Made by a program: the position numbers and the translations under genes. A DNA stretch of 20,000 nt, from assembly GCA_051453625.1 (NCBI GenBank), contig JBOZIK010000001.1, positions 14,077,498-14,097,497 of the forward strand. The letters run 5' to 3'. The DNA is from Welwitschia mirabilis (Eukaryota). How positions within the stretch are numbered: position 1 is the stretch's first letter; every line of letters begins with the position of its first letter. Under the pieces are notes generated by a model. The model searched no databases, was not told the origin of the DNA, and saw nothing but the letters and a program-made list of their open reading frames with translations. This document shows, in pieces, positions 1-12,320 of the stretch.

Positions 1-649
1 AAGTTACCAATTATGTAGAACATACATGTTGTTTAAATGTCTATAATTATATGGTTCACTAGGCTTCTAGGCTTATTTTTATATCGACTACACTTATAAC
101 TATTTTTCTTATGTGATCTAATAATTATACGATATGAATATCCTTGGTGAGAATAAAAAACCATTCCATATTAGTAGCCTCACATAAACTAGCTAAAGGG
201 CTATTATGAATGAGTAGAAAAGAAATCATATCATCACATGATATACACTAATACATGAATATCTTTAACATACCCATACATAGGCATATGTCCATATCTC
301 CTGCCTCAAATTAGTAAGTGTGCTTATTAAAAACCATACAGAAGTTACATAAGTATTATCCAACTTTGGTAAGAAGCACCACATACAATACATAACTTTA
401 GTTTTTTATTAATATAGTAATGCAACTAGTGTAGCATTATTAAGTACAAGTTTATATGGATGCACGTCTTATGCACATATGAAGTATTAGCTACTATGAG
501 ATAATTTATAAGAAGCACATTGGTATTCACATTCATATGCTTGACAAGTGTTAACACTAGGTAAATATATCCACAACTAGCTACTCATTAGTTGTATTTA
601 CATAGGATTATCTATCATATTTTATTTATCCTATTTTATGCTTTAAACC

Positions 650-1183
650 ATGATGTTGAAGTAATCACAAGTGAATTAAAGTAAATCAATAAAGAACATA
701 AAACATTCTAGATAAGGACTTCATATAATATGTCTTAATACAAGCTTTATAAACTAATGAAAACCTCTTGAAATTCTTTATCAACATGATTTAAAATCTC
801 TAACTCAATCATCTAAAAAGTTTCAAACTCTTCCATCATAGATTGGATCGTTAAAACTTGTACTTTTATGCTAAGAATTCCTTGGACTCTATCCCAAGAC
901 TTTTCCATATTTAGTAGTCATAAGGTTAATAATTCTTATTATAATATCCTTTATTAGTTCATCCTAGAGTGTTCTCTTTAATTTCAAGTCCTTCCTTCAA
1001 TTTTCCTTAATATTATTCTAGATTACCTTATCAATCTTGTAAACTTAATGTCATTCATCAATAAATGCATACTCCACTATCTCTAAGAGCTCTCATGAGG
1101 AGATAATTTTACAAATCTTGTATTTCCAATAAATAAAATTTGTATTCTCTATGAGCATCTAAATATTCAAATTAATATTCCAT
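650..1183 (-). pseudogene. gag: Degraded Ty1/Copia gag N-terminus (DUF4219 / UBN2-type Retrotran_gag_2 region)
   Basis: Minus-strand manual translation gives NFIYWKYKICKIISS*ELLEIVEYAF...KEN*RKDLKLKRTL*DELIKDIIIRIINLMTTK. After a frameshift it gives QG...IQSMMEEFETF*MIELEILNHVDKEFQEVFISL*SLY*DILYEVLI*NVLCSLLIYFNSLVIT. This follows the Copia gag pattern NY..W..RM...LW..VE.G...KKD.KA...IF.RI....TAK / LQ.L..EFE.L.M.E.E....KILRSL...F...V.AI. Similarity is lost below about 650. Confidence 0.7.
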
Positions 1184-1237
1184 AAGGAATTTTCTAGAAC
1201 TTCTTGATCTTTCACTTAATATTATTTCTAAAAACTC

Positions 1238-1249
1238 ACTATGATACCA
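1238..1249 (-). other. Primer-binding site (tRNA-iMet type) of the Copia relic
   Basis: The minus strand reads TGGTATCATAGT versus canonical TGGTATCAGAGC (10/12), about 55 bp upstream of the gag remnant and in the same orientation. The adjacent LTR end (CA) is not preserved. Confidence 0.5.
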
Positions 1250-4200
1250 AGTCAATAAATTTTGTATAATAAAAGAAATTAAAACCATCAAAAAGTTACT
1301 AAAGAAATTTTTTAACTTGTTGATGACTAAAAAGAGAACTATAAAGGACTTTATATAGGCCATAAATTAATACATAATGAACACAAACCACTAGATTTAA
1401 CAATCATAAAACTAAGAATGTAACTATGTTGTGTAAGTATGTCATAATAGCAAATTATAAATAGTATAAGTAATAATCTAGTCTTAAATAATGGCAAATT
1501 CTAAAGAATCAAAAAAGGAAAAAACATAATAATATAAAACATGAAATATTTTATGAAGTTTGAGGTCAATAAAGTTGAATGTGATAGTAACTAGATGTGC
1601 ATAACCTTTTAGGTCTTACTTCTCTTCATACAAAGTTTAATCTTATCTTTGTGCTTGTAATAATGATTCCAATATAGAATGTTAGCCAACACATTATTTT
1701 TTAATATTACCCTATTATGAACCAATTTTTCAATAATGTCTAGCTATCTATTAGATGAGATATAAAATCCATTTCTATGAGTTCTTTTATTGGATATGAT
1801 TTTGTCTTAGAGGATTATTTGAAGGATGTCCTTTAATGAGGCAAGATCATTCTTTATTCTTCTTTCTTATTTACTTTTTCTTCTAATCCTGTTTTCCTCC
1901 CTTTGTAGTAAAACCTAAGAAACATTCATTATGTATATTTATCTATCTTTAATGCTATTTATAATTCTCTTCAGTTTGAAAACTTAATTAAAAAAGGATA
2001 ATGTTTTCTAGTGGTCTTGGTATATGTGATTTTTACATTTTGCAACTTATGGAAAGAAAAAACTACTTCCTATGGTTATATATCTATAAATATAAATCAT
2101 AAGTATCTTTGTTTGTATCTTTAATATCTTAATAAATAATCCTTAAATTTTTTATTATGTTATATATGAAACATGCATTATTATAGGGACATTACATACC
2201 TCTTCTTACTTGCCTGTGTGGATCATTGTCATTAACATTTCTATTGACTGTTTTAGAAATGGGCATGGGGGCTAGAATATTCATATGATGATAACTTCTG
2301 AATCTCAAAAAGTAAGCTAACTCCATCTTCTTTTTGTCTTTTTTTAAAGTTAAAAAAATCCTGAATATAATAGAGTATGCTAGTGATTTTTACTTATTGC
2401 TAGGATTTTGAGTGTTGTCTTAAGAGCCTCATTAACTATCAAGCCCATGTAGTAGAAAAATATTATTTTCTTTGTTTTAAGAACCCACCTATACTTCTTT
2501 CATGTTATTATTCTATTTCTTATGGAAGTATCACAAAAAGGCCTAAACATGAAGGAAAGAAATAGTAGGATAGGATCTAATTCTCATTTTTCAATTAGAT
2601 TTAATTATTATAGTGATGTTTTTGGATATAGTTTAGTGATGCAAAGTAATTAATTAACCATTTTAATTCAATTTTTATCATATTAACTTTTAAAAAATAA
2701 AAATCAAATTTAATACTACTCAAAATTAGATTAAACTTGAAAAACAAAAAAAATATTATGAATCATCAAAAAAATTATATATGGATAAACTTCTTACAAA
2801 TTCATGATATAAACTGTAAAACTATAAGAAATAAAATTTATTTGATAATAAGTCTACTTTTTTATAATTTTGAACATTCAAAAACATGCAAAAACACACT
2901 CAATTATCTATATAAATTATTCAAGTTATGATTTCTACATTATTATCAAGTAATACAAAGATAATATATTTCAAATCGAACATCATACAGAAAACAAGGC
3001 TTTATTCATAATTAAAATATAAATAAAAATATTTCATCAAATGCATTTGTTACAATTTATAATTAGTGAACTTAATTTACCATTAATTATAATTAAAAAT
3101 AATTTAATCTAACTAGTAATGAAATTAAATCATGATCAACAATCAACCCCTAATGAGATAATTAAATAATTGGTTTGACTATAATGCTTGTGAATAACTG
3201 CTTTACATTTCTCAAAGATGAATTTGTTCAAAAGCCTACCACTCCTTGAAGTCTATTTTATCAATGTAAGTTAAATGTAATATATTCATAGACAAAATTT
3301 TCTATTATGTTTCTTTTATCAATTTAAATCAACAAAAATAAAGTTACGATTGAAGTGTAGTAATTTTATTTATTTGTTTTATAGTTGCATATGATCTAGT
3401 CCATCTTGTTATTCTACACTTATTCTAGGATATTATTCATTGGGAGTGTTTACAAGTAAAGTGGTTCAGCATTTTAATTTCAATCACTTTAATATTGTAT
3501 TAGCATTACACTGCTTGATATTTACATTGCATTTCTATAAGTATTAATTTTTTCTTTTGATAATATATCTAGGATTACAAATATTATAAAAATAAACATG
3601 ATGGCATTGTTATATCTATTATCATTAATTAATAGATTTATTTATATGGGAGATAAGATTTAAACATGTATGGATATATATTACATAATCAAAGATAGTT
3701 AAAACCTTATTCTTAACTCTAAATAATATTAAGTACTTATTATTTTAATATTAATATATGTAGGACATTTAAGAAGTAGGAGAATGATGTCAAGAAATTC
3801 ATATAATTTGTAAGTAACAATATTGATAATTCTCAAGGCATATTATGTCCATGTGTAAAATGTCGTAATGCATATTGTCAATAGACAAATAAAGTTTCTA
3901 AGAATCTTTTATGAAAAGACATGAATCTTACCTATGTAAATTGCATTAATATTATGCATGGGAAAACTTTAAAAGAACATTTTAATTAATCTAGTAGTAA
4001 TAATATCTTATAGATCTAGTTTCAATTTTGGAAGAACCCTTCATGTACTTTAATGATGATGAACAATCACATGAAGAGAAAAATAACATGTATTTTTTAC
4101 ACTATAATAATTCATATCGTGACATTAAAAATACAAAATATGATAGGCTAACCAGAGTTGATAAAGAGCTATTATACCCTAGTTGCATAAAATATTTAAA

Positions 4201-5016
4201 GATTTTTATGACTATCAAATTGCTAATCATCAAATCAATGGGTGGATGGTTAAATTAAACATTTCTAATGTTACTTGAGCTTTTGCATAACTTTTTTCTA
4301 CAATGAAATACAATTCCAATTTCTTATATTAAATTGAAGAGGATACTTCATTCTTTAGGTATGAACTATAATAAGATACATGCATGTCCTAATGCTTATG
4401 TGTTATATTTGGAGTATTATAAGGATAAAAATAAATGTCCTTAGTGTGATGCATCTAGATGGATATCAAGAAGAGAATATAAGGAGAATAATGTAGATAA
4501 AAAAAAAAACATTTCCAAAGTACTATGATACTTTCCATTAAGTCCAAGGCTAAAAATGTTTTATGCATCACCCACAATACTAGAGCATATAATACAAGAT
4601 CCAAAGGTGGAAAGATAATGGTATAATGTGGTATTTAGTAGATTATATCTTATGAAAGAACATTAATAAATCATATGATAAATTTAAATTTAATCCTATA
4701 CATGTAAGACTTGGTATTGTAATAGATGAATTTATCCTTTTTTGAAATGCTTTCTAATTCTTATAGCTATTGGTTAATTATAATTCTTATCTATAATTTT
4801 CCACCATAATCATGTGTGAAAAGGTATTATTTGATGCTTTATTTATTAATATCTAGGTCTAAAAACTAGGTAAAAATAATTAATATAAACCTNNNNNNNN
4901 NNNNNNNNNNNNNNNNNNNNNNNNNNNNNNNNNNNNNNAAAACTTTTGATACTTTTAAGGAGGCATTCTTCATCATGAATGTAGTGCTACTTTGGATAAT
5001 AGATGATTTTCTATTT

Positions 5017-5899
5017 TATGAAAACATCTTAAGATGGAGTATAAAGAGGATATTAGCATGTCTCCTATGTGCTTATAAAACCAACTTTCTATATTTGCCT
5101 CATAGTGAAAAACATGATTATCAAGGTGATGGAAGATTTCTTAACAGGAATCATAGGTATGAGTGAATGAAGAGATCTTTGAATAGAAAAGAAAAATAAG
5201 AGGAAGAGCCTAAGCCATGAAGCAGAAATGAAATTATTAAAGAACTCAACATCATGGAGTTTAATTAGAAAAGGTGTGTAGTTAAAATTAAATATAAGAG
5301 GACAAAAGTGCAAAACTCTATAAGAAAAAGTGAAAACAAAAAAAAAAACATTTAAATATTAATCAATCTATTAATTTAAAAGGCCACAAAGCAAGTGGAA
5401 AAAAATCTAATTGNNNNNNNNNNNNNNNNNNNNNNNNNNNNNNNNNNNNNNNNNNNNNNNNNNNNNNNNNNNNNNNNNNNNNNNNNNNNNNNNNNNNNNN
5501 NNNNNNNNNNNNNTATGAAAACATCTTAGGATGGAGTATAAAGAGGAGATTATAATGTCTCATATGTGCTTATAAAACCAACTTTCTATGTTTGCCTCAT
5601 AGTGTAAAACATGATTATCAAGGTGATAGAAGATTTCTTAATAGGAATAATAGGTATGAGTGAACAAAGATATCTTTGAATAGAAAAGAAAAATAAGAGG
5701 AAGAGCCTAATTTGTAAAGCAAGAATGAAATTCTCAAAGAACTCAACATCATGGAGTTTAATTAGAAAACATGTGTAGTTAAAATTAAATATAAGAGGAC
5801 AAAAGTGCAAAAATCTATAAGCAAAAGAAAAAAAACATTTAAATATTACTCAATCTATTAATTTAGAAGGCCATAAAGCAAGTGCAAGAAAACTAGTTG
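5017..5899 (+). repeat. Gap-flanking direct duplication (5017-5413 vs 5514-5899) within the transposase
   Basis: Both copies start TATGAAAACATCTTA. About 25 mismatches over the first ~300 bp (~92% by hand), with shared stop codons. Separated by exactly 100 N. Confidence 0.9.
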
Positions 5900-5971
5900 T
5901 GTGTTTAAAGGGAAAAGCTTAACAATGGAGGAAGTAAGAAATCAATATTATTTAATCTTCCATATTTGAAG

Positions 5972-6051
5972 GTAATAGAAGATTATGAGATATTTTACTT
6001 GTAAATTCTTTACCAAATTTAATACAATTTGAAATTTCTAAATGTACATAG
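5972..6051 (+). other. Intron of the Tnp2 pseudogene
   Basis: AAG|GTAATA...ACATAG|GAT. Removal joins LPYLK to DYNV*YNLDLIH in frame, matching LPYW...RHNLD.MH. Confidence 0.8.
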
Positions 6052-6679
6052 GATTATAATGTATGATATAATTTGGATCTTATACATGCTGGAAAGAATG
6101 TCTATGATATCTTACTAAGCACTATCATCAATATTAAAGGAGAATAAAAGGAAAAGATAAAAGCATGACTAAATCTCAAATAGCTAGGTATCAGAGATGA
6201 ACTTGCAACTATTACATTGAATGATAGTTAAAAAAGCATTTCTTCTATTTTTTAATTTTTTGATGTTAGAGAAGAAAAAGAATTCTTTTCTCAATATGCT
6301 ATTACAGTTAAAACTTCTAGATGGTTTATGAGCAAATATTCATAGGTATATTCTAGAAAGTGAATGTATACTTTCTAGGCTTAAGCCTTGACTATCATGT
6401 TATTTTGCAACAAATTATTTCTATTACTTTGCATAACTTACTTTATTCAAGGTATGTCCTTTAATAATTTAATTATGTATCTTATTCAAGAATATTTACT
6501 AAAAAATCTAATATAAAAAATTTGAAAGAATAAATTCATGAATTACTATCATACTTTATGATCTTGAGAGAATATTTCCTCTAGTTTCTTTGATATCCTA
6601 ATGTATGTTCCTATTTAATTGATAGAATAATTAGGTTTTATGGGTCTAATCAATATTGATGAATGTATCCTATTGAAAG

Positions 6680-6764
6680 GTAATAAGAATACTTATTTTT
6701 TGAATAAATTTAGACTTTTAATAAGTATTAAATAACTATCCATTTTGACATATTTGCCATGTAG
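6680..6764 (+). other. Intron of the Tnp2 pseudogene
   Basis: GAAAG|GTAATA...CATGTAG|ATTC. Removal gives MYPIERFLKVLKG. Confidence 0.8.
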
Positions 6765-7021
6765 ATTCTTAAAAGTATTAAAGGGTATGTTAAGAACAAG
6801 AATGAACTAGAGGTATTTATTTTAGAATAATTTTTAGAAGAGGAGGCATTAAGTTTTTAAAGAAAATATATGAGAAATATTTAAACTTTGAAATTTATAT
6901 AAAAAATAATGAGGTTTTTGATAATAACTCTAATGAATCATGTTTGTATCCAAAATGAAGATCACTATGTGCTGCAGAGGGAATTATCTTTACTAAAATA
7001 GAAATTAAACAACCACATAGA

Positions 7022-7026
7022 TATGT
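7022..7026 (+). repeat. Left 5-bp target-site duplication TATGT
   Basis: TATGT immediately precedes the TGTT start of the 5' LTR and is identical to 18314-18318. Confidence 0.85.
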
Positions 7027-8111
7027 TGTTATGATGTTAACTTAACTTATTTAATACACTTGTGGATTACATTTTTAGGTCCTATTTATAGGTTTTTCCA
7101 AGGATTTATGCAAATTATACAAATCTTCTATACAACTCAAAAGATGTAATATTTTCCAACATAAGAAGCTATTTTTAAATGATGATGGACCAAAGCAATT
7201 TGATAAATATGTTATGGTTGTCCTCCAAATCACTGGGATAGTAGAGGGGATGATAGTTAATAAACTATAATTGTCGTATATGTCATGAAAATGACAATCA
7301 GGAAGACAGTTAGCATATTTGACATGTGTTAAGAAGTAATTAGTAAATGGAATATCGTCCTCCATGTTATGAAAATAACACAATGGATGATAGTTAAAAT
7401 AAATGAAAGAGTGAATCTAATTTGTACCTCTTCATTTCACACCCCTTAGTAACCTATTCCAACCTATAGATAGACCCTTTTGGATCCTATTCCAAATCAT
7501 CTTTTTTTACCTATGCTCTTGTGATAATTAAAGATTGTTGAAGGCAAGGAGATCCATTCTNNNNNNNNNNNNNNNNNNNNNNNNNNNNNNNNNNNNNNNN
7601 NNNNNNNNNNNNNNNNNNNNNNNNNNNNNNNNNNNNNNNNNNNNNNNNNNNNNNNNNNNNNNNNNNNNNNNNNNNNNNNNNNNNNNNNNNNNNNNNNNNN
7701 NNNNNNNNNNNNNNNNNNNNNNNNNNNNNNNNNNNNNNNNNNNNNNNNNNNNNNNNNNNNNNNNNNNNNNNNNNNNNNNNNNNNNNNNNNNNNNNNNNNN
7801 NNNNNNNNNNNNNNNNNNNNNNNNNNNNNNNNNNNNNNNNNNNNNNNNNNNNNNNNNNNNNNNNNNNNNNNNNNNNNNNNNNNNNNNNNNNNNNNNNNNN
7901 NNNNNNNNNNNNNNNNNNNNNNNNNNNNNNNNNNNNNNNNNNNNNNNNNNNNNNNNNNNNNNNNNNNNNNNNNNNNNNNNNNNNNNNNNNNNNNNNNNNN
8001 NNNNNNNNNNNNNNNNNNNNNNNNNNNNNNNNNNNNNNNNNNNNNNNNNNNNNNNAAGTTAATTTTGATCTTTAGAATATTAGAATTAGAATCACAATAC
8101 ACATCATAACA
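7027..8111 (+). repeat. 5' LTR (1085 bp including a 495-N gap)
   Basis: Starts TGTTATGATGT and ends ACATCATAACA, a perfect 11-bp terminal inverted repeat. 7027-7560 aligns with 17209 to ~17767, and 8056-8111 aligns with ~18256-18313. Confidence 0.92.
7217..7395 (+). repeat. Three ~42-bp palindromic units in the 5' LTR
   Basis: Units at ~7217-7258, 7270-7311 and 7354-7395 share a decayed TTGTCCTCC..TGTCAT-N4-ATGACA..GGATGATAGTT pattern. Counterparts lie in the 3' LTR at ~17399-17441, 17453-17494 and 17536-17578. Confidence 0.65.
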
Positions 8112-8114
8112 TTT

Positions 8115-8132
8115 TGGCACCATTTCCAGGGA
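8115..8132 (+). other. Primer-binding site, tRNA-Asp type (Athila lineage)
   Basis: TGGCACCATTTCCAGGGA begins 3 nt after the LTR-terminal CA. It matches canonical TGGCGCCGTTGCCGGGGA at 14/18, and three of the four changes are CG>CA. Confidence 0.85.
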
Positions 8133-9010
8133 GGAATTCAAAATAAAAAGGAAGATTATGACTACTAAAATACGTATTTTGATTTTATTTCAATTTATTT
8201 GTTTGAGTAGTATTGTATTTTATCCTCTTAGATCTACTTGTAATTTTTTGATTACCTTTTGGTCTCATAAATTGTTTGATTATCCATTTGGACTATACAT
8301 TAANNNNNNNNNNTTCCTTTCTTTACGTTTAGGTAAAATTTTAATTTAAAGAATTCATATTTCAATTTAGTAATTTATTATATCTATCCCTCGTACTTCA
8401 TATGATCTCAGGGATTACATATTGATTATTATTTTCAACAAACTTGGCCTATACTTTATGCTTCATTCAATCTAAGTGATTGCCACATTCTTTTGGTCTA
8501 TCCTACTTCTTACACCTTTAAGTAATCTTAGAGATTGATGCACTTGAATGTAAAGAAGTTTGTATAACATAGATTGATCTTACAGCATAATGATAAATAT
8601 AAGAAAAGGCAAANNNNNNNNNNNNNNNNNNNNNNNNNNNNNNNNNNNNNNNNNNNNNNNNNNNNNNNNNNNNNNNNNNNNNNNNNNNNNNNNNNNNNNN
8701 NNNNNNNNNNNNNGAATGTAAAGAAGTTTGTATAACATAGATTGACCTTATAGCATAATGGTAAATAGTATAAAAGGCAAATACGCTCATGAAAAACATT
8801 TCCTTTGAAGTATTTAAAGAAGGTGTGGTGGAATTTAATTCAAGAACTCAAGGTGAGAAATAAAAATTTAATTCATGAATTGAGCAAGACGATTATTCTA
8901 CATTTACTATTTCTTGTTCGCATACTCTTAAGTCTTTAAAAAATACACCAATTTTTACTAAAAATTTTACCTCTTCTCTTTTTCCTCATCATCCTAATAC
9001 TCTTACCTTT

Positions 9011-9702
9011 ATGGCATCTAATAAATGTTCACTCAAAATGTCAAGATTCTCTAATTCAAATATCACTTTAAAGCATATGTTACCTAACAAAAAGAAGAAA
9101 CTTCAAAACCCATTTTACCTACCCCTTGGAGATGACATAGAGTTAAAAAACTTAAATGCCTATCCTACCTTTTTTGGAGAACCTAATAAGGACCCATTTC
9201 AACACATAGATGAGATTGAACAATTCATTCTTACTTTATGAAATGGGAAAAATAAAATTTTAGATATGACCTACATGATAATCTTTCCATTTACCTTAAA
9301 AGAAAAAGTAAAAAATTAGCTTAAAACCATTTCACATAGAAGTCTTAAGTCATAGAATCATGTACAAAAAGCCTTTATCAAACAATTCATAAATGAGATA
9401 ATCATCAGTATAAGAAAAAAAAGAACTAACAAGTTTTCAACAATACCCTTATGAAGATTATTCTTTAACATATGAAAATTGTTTGATAGCCATCTCATTC
9501 AACCTAGTAAATGTATTTGCAAAACAAAAACTTATTGATTACTTCTATAGTAAATTAAATAATCAAACTAAACAAACATTAGATTCTTCATGTGATGGAG
9601 ATTTACTTAATTTAACCTTACACAATGCTTAAAACCTTTTAGCAGACCTTGTAGAAAGAAGTCAAATATAGCCAAAAACTATATGTAAAGATACTATACC
9701 TA
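9011..9702 (+). pseudogene. gag: Athila-type gag (Retrotrans_gag region), copy on a probable alternate contig
   Basis: YPTFFGEPNKDPFQHIDEIEQF...IFPFTLKEKVKN*LKTISHRSLKS*NHVQKAFIKQF...YFYSKL...LDSSCDGDLLN resembles LP.F.G...EDP..HL..F...LFPFSL...A..WL...SI.SW...F...F and ..D.S.GG. Coding sequence may begin as far upstream as about 8500. Confidence 0.8.
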
Positions 9703-10138
9703 NNNNNNNNNNNNNNNNNNNNNNNNNNNNNNNNNNNNNNNNNNNNNNNNNNNNNNNNNNNNNNNNNNNNNNNNNNNNNNNNNNNNNNNNNNNNNNNNNN
9801 NNTGTATAACATAGATTGATCTTACAGCATAATGATAAATATAAGAAAAGGCAAATGCACTCATGAAAAATAGTTCCTTGATGAAGTAGTCAAAGAAGGT
9901 GGGATGGAATTTAATTCAAGAACTCAAGATGAGAAAGAAAAATTTAATTCATGAATTAAGCAAGATGGTTATTCTACATTTACTATTTATTGTTCGCATA
10001 CTCTTAAGTCTTTAAAAATTTCTAAAAATAAACCAAGTTTTACTAAAAATTTTACCTCTCCNNNNNNNNNNNNNNNNNNNNNNNNNNNNNNNNNNNNNNN
10101 NNNNNNNNNNNNNNNNNNNNNNNNNNNNNNNNNNNNNN

Positions 10139-12300
10139 ATTCAAATATTACTTTAAAGCATATGTTACCTAACAAAAAGAGGAAACTTCAAAACACATTT
10201 TACCTACCCCTTAGAGAAGACATAGATTTAAAAAACTTAAATGCCTATCCTACCTTTTTTGAAGAACCTAATAAGGACTCATTTCAACACATAGCTAAGA
10301 TTGAACAATTCATTATTACGTTATGAAATGGGAAAAATAAAATTTCAGATAGGACCTACATGATAATATTTCCATTTATCTTAAAAGAAAAAGTAAAAAA
10401 TTAGCTTAAAATCATTTCACATAGAAGTTTTAAGACACAAAATCATGTACAAAAAGTCTTTATCAAATAGTTCATGAATGAGATAGTTATCAGTATAAGA
10501 AAAAAAGAAGTAACAAAATTTTCAACAATACCCTCATGAAGATTATTCTTTAACATATGAAATATTTTTGATAGCCATCTCATTCAATCTGTTGAATGTG
10601 TTTGCAAAACAAGAACTTATTGATTACTTCTATAGTGAATTGAATAATAAAACTAAACAAATAGTAGATTTTTCATGTGATGGAGATTTACTTAATTTAA
10701 CCTTACACAATACTTAAAACTTATTAGCAGACCTTGTAGAAAGAAGTTNNNNNNNNNNNNNNNNNNNNNNNNNNNNNNNNNNNNNNNNNNNNNNNNNNNN
10801 NNNNNNNNNNNNNNNNNNNNNNNNNNNNNNNNNNNNNNNNNNNNNNNNNNNNNATTAGTGATCTTACTAGTACATTGAAGAGTTACACAAAAGCATTAAC
10901 TAATGAAAAATTACTAAATTAACTCAACCATTGTAAATATATGATAAAAACTATCAGTCTACTAAGGAATGCCAAGCTTTACCAACTTGTAGATAGGCCA
11001 TATTCAATGAATTTTATGCATTCAATTAAAAACCAAACAACTTTGAAAGTAACTAATAATATCCACTAAGCAATAATGAACCCTTAACATCTCTCCAACT
11101 GTCATTTGAAAACNNNNNNNNNNNNNNNNNNNNNNNNNNNNNNNNNNNNNNNNNNNNNNNNNNNNNNNNNNNNNNNNNNNNNNNNNNNNNNNNNNNNNNN
11201 NNNNNNNNNNNNNAAGGAATGCCAAGCTTTAACAACTTGTAGATAGGACATATTCAATGAATTTTATGTATTCAATTAAAAACCAAACAACTTTGAAAGT
11301 AACTAATAACATCCACTAAGCAATAATTGATCCTTAACATCTCTCCAACCTTTATTTGACAATAAATATAGAAATCATAACTCTCAGTCAATTTTTCCAA
11401 CTATTACAAAAATGAACTTGTAGAGAAATGATGGAAGAACTTAAAAAAACATAAGATACTACTAATGAAATTCTAGAAAATTAAAATAATAACTTGAAAA
11501 ATTGGATTTTTCACCTTCGATAAACATGCTAAAAAATCAAAGGCCATAAGGATCACTTACAACTCAAATTATTCCAAACCCAAGTGATGTAAAGAAAGAG
11601 TGGAAGNNNNNNNNNNNNNNNNNNNNNNNNNNNNNNNNNNNNNNNNNNNNNNNNNNNNNNNNNNNNNNNNNNNNNNNNNNNNNNNNNNNNNNNNNNNNNN
11701 NNNNNNCAAATATAGAAATCATAACTCTCAGTCCAATTTTTTCAACTATTACAAAAATGATCCTTATAGAGAAATGATGGAAGAACTTAAAAAAACACAA
11801 GACAATACTAATGAAATTCTAGAAAATCAAAATAATAACTTGAAAATTTATATTTTTCTCCTTCGATAAAACATGTTAGAAAATCAAAGGCCATAAGGAT
11901 CACTTACAACTCAAATTATTTCAAACCCAAGTGATGTAAAAAAAGACTGGAAGGTAGTAACTAGAAGTGGACATGACACTACTCCTCATGAAAAACCTTA
12001 AACTTCTATCAATAAAGATAAGAAACAACCTCAAGAAAATGATATTGAAATTCTTTATCAACTAAATGTTTCTCCTACTCTCAACTCTAAATCCAACAAT
12101 AATAACTAACATCTAAAGGAGAAGTCTACTCCATGGTTAGATAGATTAAACAAGAATCCAACTTTTGATTAGTATTTAAAAGAAATTATGAATGATGTTA
12201 CCATTAATCTACCCTTTTAGAAGATCCTTCAAGACAACCCCAATTAGTAAGAATAAAATAAAAGAGGGTAATTTCAAGTAAAGTATTTATTGCACAATCT
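10139..12300 (+). pseudogene. gag: Athila-type gag, second copy of the core plus C-terminal region (gapped, partly duplicated)
   Basis: 10139-10748 repeats the gag core. Later motifs are GSLTTQII(P/S)NP...KVVTRSG (G.LPSQT..NP...LRSG) and PWLDRL...VTINLP (PFP.RL...INIPL). Confidence 0.75.
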
Positions 12301-12320
12301 CTTTTCAACTTAGTTTCTTA

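Larger units (their letters stand above)
3764..7026 (+). pseudogene. tnp2: CACTA Tnp2-type transposase, 5' part (transposase-associated domain, Transposase_21, DUF4218)
   Basis: Motifs in expected order: GILCPCVKCRN (~3838-3870); LLYPSC...GGW...LGMNYNKIHACPN...CP*CDASRW (~4170-4462); KVL*YFPLSPRLK; VRLGIVIDEF; YNFPP*SCVK; LLWIIDDF...LACLLC...YQGDGRFL...H; SILFNLPY; YNLDLIHAGKNVYD; LGIRDEL; LERIFP; MYPIER; GYVKNK...EEEALSF; QPHRY. Many stops and frameshifts. Confidence 0.92.

Noticed and set aside
364..480. LW*EA...YGCTSYAH resembling Copia post-integrase motifs (FWAEA...FGC.AY.H) on the plus strand
   Set aside because: Spacing is about 35 nt too short and out of frame, and flanking integrase motifs are not recognisable. 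It needs an HMM search before being called.
2714..2831. TACTACTCAAAA and AACTATAAGAAA as candidate CACTA 5' TIRs
   Set aside because: Neither begins with CACTA, no partner TIR or TSD is in the window, and such matches are expected by chance at this AT content.
1250..3600. Possible LTR of the Copia relic, or host exons
   Set aside because: No second LTR, terminal motif or recognisable protein motif could be supported, so the region is left unassigned.
5089..5810. Two similar 74-aa minus-strand ORFs suggesting tandem small genes
   Set aside because: They are antisense shadows of the duplicated transposase segment.
7217..7395. Palindromic repeats as a CRISPR-like array
   Set aside because: The units are degenerate, irregularly spaced and sit inside a eukaryotic LTR, with no cas genes.
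7497..8141. Long ORFs (214 aa, 175 aa) and other X-rich ORFs in the track
   Set aside because: They are open only because they run through N gaps.
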